A DNA stretch of 62,760 bases, the filler included, from Globobulimina sp. (taxonomy: Eukaryota), in the NCBI GenBank assembly GCA_003354225.1. It is 21 parts of 21 records of this genome, joined end to end, with 100 filler letters (N's around TTAATTAATTAA, not from the genome) between each part and the next. Parts side by side here need not be neighbours in the genome. Positions count along the whole stretch, not along the records: positions 47,903 to 50,794 come from PIVH01004476.1; positions 50,895 to 53,786 come from PIVH01004477.1; positions 53,887 to 56,778 come from PIVH01004478.1; positions 56,879 to 59,769 come from PIVH01004479.1; 17 more parts are not named here. One strand, given 5' to 3'. The notes under the pieces were generated by a model, which ran no database searches, was not told the origin of the DNA, and saw nothing but the letters and a program-made list of their open reading frames with translations. Position 1 is the stretch's first letter. Every line of letters starts with the position of its first letter. Positions 47,903-59,869 of the stretch are shown here, piece by piece. Made by a program: the position numbers and the translations under genes.

Positions 47903-50025
47903 ACCTCTCCGAGAGCTCTATTTGCTAAATGTTTTAAGGCGTCTTGGTTTTTCAAAATATTATCTTTTGCTCTTAACAAATGGCCAAAGCTTAGGTTTCT
48001 GAGATTTATATTTTTGGAGAAACCTAATTTATAAAATAATATGTTCCAATGTTCTCTCTCAAATAATTCGCCGGTGATGCATCTTAAAACAGGCCACATC
48101 TCTTCAAATTGCTTTATTTCCTGTTTTAAGTGCATAATCACGGTATCATTTGTGTTTTGTTTTTGTATATTTTTTATTTTGCCAGCCCACAATTGATAAA
48201 AATCCTGAAAATCTAATAATTTTATTCTGAAAGAGATCCATAACTCGTTCTCCATTGCTTCCATTTCTTTGACAAACTGAGAATATACACTCCATGAACT
48301 CTCATATAAACTGATTTGTTTATTAATTGTATCCAATAGCGGGATTTCAATGGACAGCTCGAAAAATTCGCATTCTTGTTTTAATTGTTGCAATAATTGA
48401 TTGTGAATATTGTGTTCTTGTCTCCATTCATTTATTTGTTGGGTAATTTTATGTGCAATGTTTGGATTTAAATCTTTATGGATTTCCTTATTTGGTTTTA
48501 ATGCATTCCATCGCGAGTTAAATTTTTCAATCTCCTGTTTGAAATCGGAAATCTTTTTCTCAACATTTGATCGTAAATTTGAGCGTTGCTCTTCCAACAT
48601 ATCATCGAAAATTAATAATGAATGTTGGAAAAAATCCCATTTTTGTTCAATTTCGGTCAAATCCATTGCTTTCCTCTCCGAGGAGGTATAGGCGGATTGA
48701 AATATTAAATTTGACAAGTTTTTGATTAAAATATTATTTTTATTGTGAATTTCGTCAAATATGATTTGGTATTTTGCCTTTTCTGCAATAATTGCATCGC
48801 CAGATTTTTTAAATTGTGACAATTGGGTGACATCATTTGGTGGTTTATTGAATATTGCTAATGAAGATTGTATATATTGTGCTAATTTATTTATATCTTG
48901 CGTAATGTTTTTCTTTAACGATATAATTAATAAATCTTCAAAATTATGATAAATGTCATACAACGCATTTTTAAATGGAATAAATGAAACCACAAAACAA
49001 ATATCAATCTTTTTATTGTCTAATAATTCTTCGGTTTCTTTTGTTTTTTGTTGAATAAATTGAAAATATTCTTGATATTTTCCTTGTGGTTCTTTCTCAA
49101 AATCAATGGCTACGAACTCAATCCATGGCTCATACTCTTTTATTGTTTTCTGCAAATTATTTATCATAATATCGATTCTCTGATTAATATTTGTAATCAT
49201 ATCACCAATATCTTTTTTTTTTAATATTTTAGAATACAAATCAGAATTACCGGTGACACCAAAGCCTTTGAAATTATTTGGTTTTTCAACAATTTGATTG
49301 ACATTTTTACTTAATTTATATTTAATTTCTTTCAAAGAGGGTCGGAATTTTAATAACTTCCGGTTTCGGTCAAATATTAAATTGCAATGAATAACATTAT
49401 TTTTTATATAGTGGTCGACATTATTCATTGCTTTTTTATACTGAAATTCAAATAATTTGAATAATTTTGATTCCCAAAACATAATCCAAATGGCAACTGC
49501 TTTGTTATTATTATTATTATGATTATTATTGATTTCCTGTTTAAACACTAATGATATTTTATTAATAACTTCATCCCATTTCGGAGAAAATAAATCAAAA
49601 TCAATCAATAATTTAATATTTGAATTTACAAAATTATGCAAATTCCTTAATCTCTTATTTTTGTCCGCTAGCTTTTCCGATGAAATCATTAATTTTTTGA
49701 TAAAAATGTCGCACTCTTTTGGTTTATTCCAAGAAACCGCATTTTTATTTTTTATAATTTGTTCAAATTGCTGTGCCTCCACTAATAATAATCCCTTTTG
49801 TGACTCAATTATTTGCGATGACATTGTATTATAAAAGTTTGCAATTTGTTTTAATTTAATTGCATATTTATAAAAATTTGATGCAGTTTCATAACCATTT
49901 TGTAATTTCTTTGGTATTAAATATCCAAACTCTTTTAATAAACGAATATCATTGATTAATATCACCAAATTATCCGAATAATGAACAATTAGTCGGCCAT
50001 CATTTACTAAATCCAATTCATTTAA
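47903..50025 (-). CDS. DYNC2H1: Cytoplasmic dynein-2 (IFT dynein) heavy chain, internal tail fragment
   Basis: VHYSDNLVILINDIRLLKEFGYLIP...AIKLKQIANFYNTMSSQIIESQKGLLLVEAQQFEQII...VSWNKPKE...EKLADKNKRLRNLH and GELFEREHW match dynein-2 tail motifs. Confidence 0.85.
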
Positions 50026-50794
50026 TTAGACAGGAGCTAAATAAACAATTTTATGTAGACAGTTATCGCGGTACGTTTTATTTACTAAATGAAACATTAA
50101 GTCAAAGCCCAAAAGATACATGGCCATCTCAGTTTGAAGAGTTGGCCACATCATTTGGATTGCCCATTAGATTACTTAAAATTGAAGAAAGTTCTTTTAG
50201 CAAGCATGAGATGTCACAATTACATAATCAAGAATTTGTTTATATGGAAGGTGAACCCTCTACACTTCGCCAGAAAATAGATAGCAGCCATTGGGTCATT
50301 GAAATGGCGCTAGAAAATAGCAGGCAAGCACTCATTCTTCAGCAAAGCAAAGGCACCATTACCCTACTTGAGAATTATCTTAGCCAAATCCCCCAGCAAA
50401 ACTGGCCTGAAGCTGTAATTCAATTAAGTCATGAGTTTGCTATGCATTTATCGCTTACGCCACTTAACAAGCTTAAACTTTCGGCGTCGCATATACAGGC
50501 ATTAATTTTACAAGGAGGCACAAGCATAGAAATAAGCGATGAAGGTGACACGGTTTATCATCGCCTTGCTAATAGCAAGCAAGTGTTAATAGCCGGCCCT
50601 ATTTCACAGGGACAAGTAAATATTTATATGATCATTAGTATTATGATTTTATTTATTTTAGTGATTGTACTGGGGCTGCTTTCTTGGCTGGTGCCATTAT
50701 GGCGCGACCTTAAAGCGTTAGATTTACAAGCAGTACAGTTTGGTGAAGGTCATTTGGACAGCCGCATTCATCTTAAAAGCGGATCGGTCATGGC
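50020..50794 (+). CDS. Gammaproteobacterial RstB-like sensor histidine kinase fragment (periplasmic sensor, TM2, HAMP start)
   Basis: Frame open from ~50019 (RGTFYLLNETL...W); LIAGPI, TM helix, WLVPLWRDLKAL...FGEGHLDSRI; intronless, with codon style different from the host. Confidence 0.75.
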
Positions 50795-50894
50795 NNNNNN
50801 NNNNNNNNNNNNNNNNNNNNNNNNNNNNNNNNNNNNNNTTAATTAATTAANNNNNNNNNNNNNNNNNNNNNNNNNNNNNNNNNNNNNNNNNNNN

Positions 50895-51254
50895 GGAGCA
50901 AAGGCAGTTTTTGAAGGTTTACATGGTGAGAAACTAAAGAATTTGGCAGTGCTTACTGGATATTTCAAGCCGGCAGTTCCAAGACCAAGATTAAAAAAGA
51001 AGAAAATTGCTAAATTCAGTGCCAAAATTCGAGATTTTAATGAGGCTCGCGAGGATCGCGAGTTTATGAAACAGCTCATGAAAAGTAAGGATATTAAAAA
51101 AAAAATAGAGACTGAGCCGAGTAATGCGCCAAAATCTGACAATAATACAGATCAAGGATTTGCAAAGAAAATGAGAAGTGTAGGAAGAGGGGGATGGAGA
51201 GGGCGAGGTCGAGGTCGAGGCGGTGGCAGTAGAGGTGGACCCAAATTAGCATAG
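50895..51254 (+). CDS. RRM/RGG protein, copy 1 (3' end only)
   Basis: The first ~39 nt are identical to ~52489-52527 of copy 2; ends RGGPKLA* versus RGGPKFA* in copy 2. Confidence 0.8.
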   Translation, partial: GAKAVFEGLHGEKLKNLAVLTGYFKPAVPRPRLKKKKIAKFSAKIRDFNEAREDREFMKQLMKSKDIKKKIETEPSNAPKSDNNTDQGFAKKMRSVGRGGWRGRGRGRGGGSRGGPKLA

Positions 51255-51507
51255 ATTTATTTTGTTTGTAATTAAGTGGGATTTGATTTAAACAACTGAT
51301 ATTATCCAATTTGATAGCATACTCTTCTTCAAATCACTGTTCTTAAGTTCTTAACTTTTTTGTCTAAACAAAAAAAAACCTTTTGCACATTCTCGCCTCA
51401 CATTCAAGTTCAGTTTCCAATCAATCCACGAGTATGTCTGCTAACAGCTAAAAATCCAACCATCACAACACAATTACACAGAAACACTTTCCTTAATCAC
51501 AAACAGA

Positions 51508-52866
51508 ATGGAAGTAGAGAACGACGAAGACACATTCCTTGATGACGCTACAGACACCGCTGACTCTGCTGATAACTCTACAGACTCCGATGATTCCCCA
51601 AAAACAAACATTAAAACTGTGCAAGGATTGATGAGTCAGTCAACAACAGAATCAAATAAAAAACCAAACCCAGCAACAGAATCAAAACCATTTAAAATCC
51701 CATACACGCCCAGATTTGTCGGCAAATCCGACACCATCCGTCTCGCGCCAATCCCTCGTGCTTTCACCGAATCGCATATCTATGAATGGATCCAATCACT
51801 CACCGACAAGACGCCCTTAGCCATCACTATCAAAGCTATTAAAGGTTACCCTCAAAATCGTATCAACAAACTGTCAAACCATCCTTTATACGACGCACAA
51901 AACGCGTACGTCATAATGGCCTCAGCCGCTGACGCATCATTTTGTGCGCCCAAAATTCACGGCAAAGTAATACCAAACACAACCCATATCTGTGAATGCC
52001 GAGTGGCCGAACCAACCAAAGTAAAGGATACCGATCCCGAAAATTCCTGGGTATCAGTGACTGGTTTATCCAAAATCACCACTGAGCAGGATATATTATC
52101 GCATATCCAGCAAAAAAGCGGAGCTGCCAACAAACCCAAAACAATCCGTTTAGTGCACCACAAAAAAGAGAACTATGCCGGTATCGCCTATGTAGAGTGT
52201 GCCAATCCGGAGGATGCCGCCAAATGTGTGGAGAATTTGAAAGTAACCACGCTGTGTGGCAGCAAAATATGGTGTGTAAGGAGGGCATTCCGACAAGATT
52301 TTAATCGCAAGCCCAGCTTAGCTGGTGTGGCAGATGCAATCCTTGTGGGTAATTTGCATTATACAGTGGAGGGCAATGATGTGTTCGCGTTATGTGCCAA
52401 ATATGGTCAGGTCAAGAATGTGGAACTATGGTTCACTAAATCTGGATATCGCAAAGGGATGGCCAGTGTGACGATGAATAGTCGGGATGGAGCAAAGGCA
52501 GTTTTTGAAGGTTTACATGGTGAGAAAGTGAAGCATGTCGAGCTGAGGGTTGGCTATTTCCAGCACAAAGATAATAGGAAAGTTTCCAAGTATGATTCGC
52601 TGAAGAAACTCAATAGAAGTAAGGCGTCGCGGACTGGCCGAGGCCGAGGAAGACGCAGAGGTGGAAGAGGCAAAGGTGGTCCATGGAAACGTGGGGGAGG
52701 CAGAATGGATGGCATTGGCCGTCCGCTACCTGATGGTTATAAAAATCGAGGTTTTAGAAAATTGGCCGAATGGAAGGGAAGGGGCAGAGGTAGACGTAGA
52801 GGTAGAGGAGGAAGAGGACGTCGTGGTGGAGGGAGAGGGCGTAGAGGTGGACCAAAATTTGCATAG
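51508..52866 (+). CDS. Nucleolin/GAR-like protein: acidic N-terminus, 3 RRMs, RGG tail (copy 2, complete)
   Basis: RNP-like motifs (VSVTGL...GIAYVE; ILVGNL...KGMASV) and a Gly/Arg-rich C-terminus. Confidence 0.85.
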   Translation: MEVENDEDTFLDDATDTADSADNSTDSDDSPKTNIKTVQGLMSQSTTESNKKPNPATESKPFKIPYTPRFVGKSDTIRLAPIPRAFTESHIYEWIQSLTDKTPLAITIKAIKGYPQNRINKLSNHPLYDAQNAYVIMASAADASFCAPKIHGKVIPNTTHICECRVAEPTKVKDTDPENSWVSVTGLSKITTEQDILSHIQQKSGAANKPKTIRLVHHKKENYAGIAYVECANPEDAAKCVENLKVTTLCGSKIWCVRRAFRQDFNRKPSLAGVADAILVGNLHYTVEGNDVFALCAKYGQVKNVELWFTKSGYRKGMASVTMNSRDGAKAVFEGLHGEKVKHVELRVGYFQHKDNRKVSKYDSLKKLNRSKASRTGRGRGRRRGGRGKGGPWKRGGGRMDGIGRPLPDGYKNRGFRKLAEWKGRGRGRRRGRGGRGRRGGGRGRRGGPKFA

Positions 52867-53246
52867 ATTTATTTATTGTGTGTTTATATATAAAGTTGAA
52901 TTAATTAGTTTGATCCACGAATTGATAAAACATCCAGTCCATAAACATGAGTGTGTAGTTTGTTGTATATGTCCGCATTTCCCTTGTATTATTGAATATT
53001 ATTTAATGCAATCAACAATTCAAAATATGGCGTTGATTGAGAAAAACAAAAAAAAAACCTTTTACACATCTCCCAAGTCAATAACTCACGGACACGTTCA
53101 AGTTCAATTAAGCAATCAATCCAACGAATATGTCACAACCATTTGTATTCGGCAAAACCGATAAGTAAGTAACCATCCACAACAACAACAAAAATCAAAT
53201 TTCTAATAACAACCACACAAAAACACTTTCCTTAATCACACACAGC

Positions 53247-53786
53247 ATGGAGGTAGAAAACAACGAAGACGCATTCCTTGAGGACTCTGCAGACTCTGAC
53301 GATTCCCAAACACAAACACAAACACAAAGTTAAACCAACATTCATCATTTTTGATAATTTTTCATTTTTCAAATAAAAAACGAAACCCAGCAAAAGAAGC
53401 GAAACCAAAAAAAAGTGATTTAACAAAGTGGATGGTTTTAAAAAACCAAAATCGTCGATTTGCCGGCAAATCCGCAACAATCCATATCTTCCCAATCCCG
53501 CGCGAGTTCACCGCCTCGCAAATCTATGAATGGATTCAGTCATTAACCACCAAAACAGCCAAATCCATCATTCTCACCAATTCCCAGCAACGCGATACCG
53601 ACGCACAAATTGCCTACATCACATTTGCCGCAATTGCTGATGCATCAGATTGTGCGCCCAAAATCGACCAACAACTAATACCAAACACCGATATTCCCTG
53701 TCAATGTTCCGTGACCGCACCAACCAAACGCAGCAAAAAAGGTCTCCGTGGCGGCACCGCATGTTTTCTAATGAGTGGTTTATCCA
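53247..53786 (+). CDS. RRM/RGG protein, copy 3 (5' part), intron 53329-53390
   Basis: Start MEVENNEDAFLED is paralogous to copy 2; a GT-AG intron joins it in frame to RFAGKSATIHIFPIPREFT. Confidence 0.8.
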
Positions 53787-53900
53787 NNNNNNNNNNNNNN
53801 NNNNNNNNNNNNNNNNNNNNNNNNNNNNNNTTAATTAATTAANNNNNNNNNNNNNNNNNNNNNNNNNNNNNNNNNNNNNNNNNNNNCTATTGATACAGCA

Positions 53901-54605
53901 ATGAATGAAAATAATATAAATGACACAATGTCGATATTGAGAAAATGTCAAATTCGATTAGAAAAGAAACAGAATATAATTGAAGAAAAAATAGATAATA
54001 ATTACTCAAATATTGATGAAAATACAATTGGACATAAATTAAAAAAGAAACAATGTTTAGAAAATGAGAGAGAAATGATATTAGAAAATATATTGAAAAT
54101 TCAAACAAAAATTATGGAAAAAGAAGACAATTTGTTAGATGAAGAAACAATGCGTGCACTGAAAGAGTCCGACATTGTTTTGGCCAAATCTATGAAAGAT
54201 ATCGATGTGAATGAAAATGAGATTAAAATCGATTTTGAAAATGCAAATAATCAAATCAATGAAAATTATAATCAACAAATCAATGATATTGGTCAAGATA
54301 TGAAAATTATGTTAAATGAATACGATGAAAAACAAGAAGCGTTAATGACTGAAATAAACGATCTTAATCAACAAATTAGCCATATTAAAGAAATGAGAAT
54401 AAGTGAAACAGCATTATTGGAACGGTATAAAATGTACAAATTTGCTGCCAAAAAAATGAAAGATAATGGGGATAAAAGCAATGCAATTCAATATTTAAGA
54501 CAGAGTAAAGTTATTAAAAAACAAATTCAATCGGTAAGAAACCGTCAAGTTGTGTTAAAAGTTGATGTGTCGCCGGTGTTAGATGATAAGTTATGGAAAC
54601 AGTGA
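53901..54605 (+). CDS. Coiled-coil protein with a DM14-like repeat (probably 5'-truncated)
   Basis: LLERYKMYKFAAKKMKDNGDKSNAIQYLRQSK resembles the DM14 consensus of CC2D1/Lgd. Confidence 0.6.
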   Translation: MNENNINDTMSILRKCQIRLEKKQNIIEEKIDNNYSNIDENTIGHKLKKKQCLENEREMILENILKIQTKIMEKEDNLLDEETMRALKESDIVLAKSMKDIDVNENEIKIDFENANNQINENYNQQINDIGQDMKIMLNEYDEKQEALMTEINDLNQQISHIKEMRISETALLERYKMYKFAAKKMKDNGDKSNAIQYLRQSKVIKKQIQSVRNRQVVLKVDVSPVLDDKLWKQ

Positions 54606-54745
54606 ATGTGAAATAATGTATACAACCATATGTGATTGAAAACAACTTTTAGTTACTTCTTAAGTGCGAGGACTGAGTCACTTCGTAAAATAAGGAGCAA
54701 GAAAGTAAATAAAATGACACAAAAAATCAAAAAAAATATCAATAA

Positions 54746-56437
54746 TTAGCAGTACTCCCGATATCGGTTGCAGACATTATTAGCAATCTGTGACACAACT
54801 TGTTGTTCATCCATCTTTTTTTCCTGTGCATACGCATCAACGCAAAACACTTTCCATTCTCGGCAAGACTCAAAACTATTACTTTCAAACACTTGTTTAA
54901 ATGTTTTGGATATCAGCCCTTCAAAATCATTCTCATCACTTTTTATTTCAAGCACACAGCCTTGAATGTTTGCCTTCAATTTATTTATTTCAATCTGCTG
55001 TTCCATTTCCTCAATAAACTGTATCGCATCGGAATATTTCCCCAACGTCACAATCAACGCCAACATCTCATTCCGCTCAAACATATCCACCGCCAGCACC
55101 TCTTTCGTAAATAATATTTTCAACGCCGTTCCTAGTCCCAACAGCTCTGCCTTTGCGTGCAATTTGCATTTCTCACATCCCACACAATCAATAATATCAC
55201 TTATGTTTCGAAACACATTCCGAAAATTATGCATTATAATATCAATATCCTTATCCTTCACAACAACAAAACATTCATTTTGCAAAAGTTTTGCTGTACG
55301 GATTTTATTAACGTTTTACAAAACAAATGTTTTGTGTGCAATATATTTACTTTTTGCTGTTGGAACATTTGACTCTCATCAAATGAATTTAAGTGACTGC
55401 ATTGCGTCTGAATGAAATCAGTCTGTAACAAGTAATTAATCAGTCCCATAGTCATTGCATCATCCGACGGATTTCCTGTATGATAGTCATATTCGCGCAA
55501 TATTTCCGAAGCTTTGTTGATAGCACGTAACAAAAATACAAAATCAAAATACAAATTATCAATCCAGTCCGTATGGCCATGCAATACTTTCGTATATAAC
55601 TCCAAATTTGGTCCATGTTGCTGTGGATTATTAGGTAACGGCCAATGTGCAAAGACCATGCAGGTAGTAAGGGTATGAAAGCCTGAAATTAAACGATATA
55701 AAACGCGATCTTCCGTCGCAAACTTATCATAGTCTGAGATATTAATATTGAGATATAATAAATTTTTAGCTTCGTAGATTGCTTTCCATATTTTGCCGGC
55801 TTCAGCGCCTTTGTATCCAGTGTAGCCATCGGGATTTCGCTCCAAATCGACGTAGATCATTTGTTCCTGGTTCGTGGGGTAAGAGACCCATTGATCTTCG
55901 TCAACGTTGTCCCAATGGTTGAAGTCTTCAGACACAAATAAATCAATCGGTTTGTTGTATCGTTTGGAGTTTATTTCCATATCTCGCCATTTTTGGGGGA
56001 TATCTTCTTCGCAGCACTCGCGAATGGAACACGTTGGTTGGAAACATAATGCATTGTCCGGCCACAATTTGCATGATTTATAGATGTCGACTTTGAAGAT
56101 GCGAAAAAATGTACGTTTCTGTTGGTTGTTTGTTTGGTTGATATATTTGTTGGGTGCAGGTCGTGAATAATGATGTGTGTATTTTAATGTTTTTATATAA
56201 TTAACTCGAATGACTGTGAGGATTTCATTGAGAAATTCTTGATTATTGGCGCTTACAGTTTCGGTGTCACAACAGCAATCTTTAATCTTTTACATTTTTG
56301 TGTTGTTTTATTAGGGTTAGTTTAGTGATGAGATTATGTCAATGGATAACAACCTTGCTTGCTCTCAAAAGTACACACAAAAGGAGGCAGAGTATTGATG
56401 TGGATGTCGATAGATTAAGTCCAAGAGAGGAGTGCAT
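54746..56437 (-). CDS. ERO1: ER oxidoreductin 1, spliced
   Basis: FFRIFKVD...C..W, YVDLERNPDGYTGY, RVLYRLISGFH, NLYF, FDE..MF and FRNISDIIDCVGCEKCKL motifs; hydrophobic leader. Confidence 0.93.
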
Positions 56438-56898
56438 GATATCTGCAAATTTGCAAACGGAGTTTTTTTAGCTGTTTAAACAAAAACGTAAACAGTTTGC
56501 ATAAAGTGTAGTATCTGAGGGGATCAATGAATGTATCTGTCTACACAATATTAAAATAAGTATATATTTGACGTCACATGATAAGCATATAAACTGTGTA
56601 TGATCAGTGAAACTCTCAACGTATATAAACAACAAATGACGTAAGAATCCGAATAAGAATGATAGAAAGCAAATGCCTGACAATGCCAAGATAGAGAGAG
56701 GTTTGTTTGGTGATTGTCCGCACTCATAATTTCTTTGGTGATGGTCAACACTGATAATTCTGCGTAAGCGAAATTAAANNNNNNNNNNNNNNNNNNNNNN
56801 NNNNNNNNNNNNNNNNNNNNNNTTAATTAATTAANNNNNNNNNNNNNNNNNNNNNNNNNNNNNNNNNNNNNNNNNNNNTTTATAATTGCTAATTTTGT

Positions 56899-57283
56899 TC
56901 AAACCAATAAATATTGCCACAACGGAATTCTCCTTAAAAAATAAAATAAATCAAATAAATAATAACGATGAATATTGTTGTTTGTGGAATGCATTCTGTT
57001 TGCTGATATTTTCTTGTAATAATGCATTTTTTGTGCATATTTGAATGCATTGTACATCATAATGGATAATAAAAAATATAAGGCCGTTGCACGAGTAGTA
57101 TTTGGACACAGAAATGAGACTTTGGCATTTTCTAATTCGTTGTCATCAACTTGACCGTTTTCAAATTTCTTCAGTGTCTCAGCATAATATGGTCGCGGAG
57201 CACCAACAAATCTGGAAAATACAACAACAGCAATTCCTGTGATAGCACCACATAGGGCGGATATCCCGGAACATAGCATAGGG
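56899..57283 (-). CDS. Fragment of an unrelated membrane protein joined to the TPR gene
   Basis: Hydrophobic helices in a frame different from the spliced TPR frame. Confidence 0.4.
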
Positions 57284-57284
57284 C

Positions 57285-58306
57285 GATCTGCTTAAATAAC
57301 TTGAACAATGCGCGCGTTTTGCTGTTGTCCGGATCTTTGCGAAGGATTTGCTGCGTGATTTTGGGTACAGTGTAGGTGCGAAAATGCGGACAGATTCAGG
57401 TTGCTTAACTTGTAAATGCTTGATGGCAGAATCGGTGTTGCCGCATCGAAACAGGGCAATGGCTCGCAATTCGGTCACTTTGTTGGAATCCTTGTGCCAA
57501 CGTAATAAATTAGTCGATTTTGATAAGGCAGAATCGTAGTTTTGCGCGATAATCAATGCACGAATATGGGTGCATTTCAAGTCCGTACTCTGTGATAAGT
57601 CGTTATTTAATAAGCTATTTATCATTGAAATGGCAATACTCACTTCTTTGGCATCTGCAGTGCTCAATGTATGAGTTAGTTGCTCTTTCCATTGGGTCTG
57701 AGGGTCGGTTTTTTCCTCCTCTTTGTCCTTCATATCCATGTCTTTGTGGTCTGCCATTGGTTGCGGGTTAAGGTGATGTTCGAAGAAAGAATTGTATTTT
57801 CTTGAAGCTGTGCTCAATTTGTCATCAATGCGACGCAGTTTGTCCTGTATTATTTCGACCCGATCATAGCCTTGTTTTAGGTCATTGTCATGGGGGAATT
57901 TATCCAATCCGTCTGTTTTTAGTTGTATTTGATGATAGAGACTGAGTGCAAGGATATTGATGATACCTTTGGCGAATTTTTGAGCAGACTTAAAATCAGC
58001 TAATTCTGTATAGCATTTAACGCCACGTACGTATGCTTTACGGTAATTTGGATCTAATTGTATGGCGGATATGCAATCGGATAGTCCTTGTTTGAATTTA
58101 TAGATTGCGATGTAAGCAGCGGCTCTGTTGCCATAGAATTCGGGCCGTGCGAATGTGTCAATGGCTTCAGTGTAAAGATTGATGGCGTCTTGGTATTTTT
58201 TAGAGGAATATTTCTTGTTTCCTTCTGCTTTTAATGTAAGTGCCCTTTGTTCGCGTTCTTCATCTGTTTCTTGTTCATTATCAACTTCCATTGTTTCGTG
58301 ACTCAT
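57285..58306 (-). CDS. TPR co-chaperone, DNAJC7-like, spliced; truncated by an apparent chimeric junction
   Basis: LKAEGNKKY...YQDAINLYTEAI, FYGNRAAAY and AIQLDPNYRKAYVR; AIKHLQ|QILRKDPDN then diverges before the next TPR and the J domain. Confidence 0.75.
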
Positions 58307-58638
58307 GATGTGTGATCGTAAAATGTTGGTATACTGTTTTTTTTTTACTTAGGTTGGTGTTTATTTTTGTGGTTATTTCCTTAAATATATTTTAAGTTGT
58401 TTGCTTCATATGGTCATTATGTTGAACATATTTTAGCATCAGTTTTTGCACAGTTCTGACCCTTTTGCATAACTACAATCTACATTTGTATGTGTACAAA
58501 CTACAATTTTTGGAGTGGATCCATCCGCAGTAGTTTTCCTACTTTTATATGGTTGTTGTTTTGTTCACAGACATAGCAGTAAAAAAAAATAGAAAAACAA
58601 AACAATTAATAATTAAAATTCTGCTTTAATAAATAAGT

Positions 58639-59634
58639 TTAATTTGTAACGGTTATCTCACTCATATCAACACACTCAATGCGATGTATTTCCGTTGACG
58701 TGGTCGTGGTTGTCGTCTTAGGCTCAATATCATGCTGTTCATTCTTAATATTGGTCACATTTTCAACGAAAATGCTCTTAGCTGATTTACGTGAAATACA
58801 TCGAGTAAGCTTCAAATAATTATCATTGTTATGCTCCATCATCAGATATATTGTCACAGCGCTCGCAAAAATATCGATAGTAAATGCGATCGGATGTGTA
58901 AACAATCCAATTTTTTCAGATTTAATCAATAAAGTATCAGCCAACGGAGCAGTTGTAAATATTTCATACAAAATTGTCAGAAATACGATTTTTTTCAATA
59001 CAAAATAAATTCGCTGATAAATTTGTTCCTCAAAATCTGTTTTGAAATATATCTGCAACACTTTGTAAATGTACATAAATAATACACTCCAATCCCAAAT
59101 TACATATATTGCAATACCAATCATGATATATTTACCATCTTTATCTGATGTTTCTTGTTCCACGCATCCATATTTATCAATTGATTGAGGTTTGACAATG
59201 ATGAACGAAATAAAAATTGTACTCAATACATTAATAATTCCAACAATGTACAAAACAACAAAACTCCAACAAGAGTAGCCATATTCGGCTGAATGGATTT
59301 GTTGTGAGGAAAAACAATATTGTAATCGTTGAATTTGATAGAATGTTAAAGAAAGTTTGGTCATTGACCACGAAAATCCTGTAACGCCGAAAGTATAGAT
59401 GCAAATATTTGGTATCATCTGGAATAGCACCAACAATGATTCACCGATACAAAATGTAATAACGATAATTGATGATAGGCGTAACAATCGTTGATATTTG
59501 CTATTATAATGATTGGTCTTTTCATTTTCTATGCGCCTTTTTGCAGGTTCTGACTTGAAAAGGCGGGATAACGCAACGAACAAGGCAAGGAACAACATTC
59601 TCGAGAACCATCCAGCTATTTCTACCAACTCCAT
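58639..59634 (-). CDS. Orphan 7TM GPCR-like protein (complete, intronless)
   Basis: Seven hydrophobic helices; Cys at the TM3 start and in ECL2; TM3 end FYQIQRLQYCF. Confidence 0.75.
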   Translation of the reverse strand: MELVEIAGWFSRMLFLALFVALSRLFKSEPAKRRIENEKTNHYNSKYQRLLRLSSIIVITFCIGESLLVLFQMIPNICIYTFGVTGFSWSMTKLSLTFYQIQRLQYCFSSQQIHSAEYGYSCWSFVVLYIVGIINVLSTIFISFIIVKPQSIDKYGCVEQETSDKDGKYIMIGIAIYVIWDWSVLFMYIYKVLQIYFKTDFEEQIYQRIYFVLKKIVFLTILYEIFTTAPLADTLLIKSEKIGLFTHPIAFTIDIFASAVTIYLMMEHNNDNYLKLTRCISRKSAKSIFVENVTNIKNEQHDIEPKTTTTTTSTEIHRIECVDMSEITVTN

Positions 59635-59869
59635 TGATTATATTGCAATTGAGAGTTGTTTGGCAACCAAATCCAATGTTGTTTGTGTGGTTTAACAAAA
59701 TTTGAATGAATGAGTGAAGTGAAGTGAAGTGAAGTGAAGAGCGGCAGTTATTTTGTAAGATTCAAGCAGNNNNNNNNNNNNNNNNNNNNNNNNNNNNNNN
59801 NNNNNNNNNNNNNTTAATTAATTAANNNNNNNNNNNNNNNNNNNNNNNNNNNNNNNNNNNNNNNNNNNN

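Noticed and set aside
2897-59869. Regularly spaced TTAATTAATTAA motif as a biological repeat or CRISPR-like array
   Set aside because: It is always embedded in N runs of fixed length; it is an artificial contig linker.
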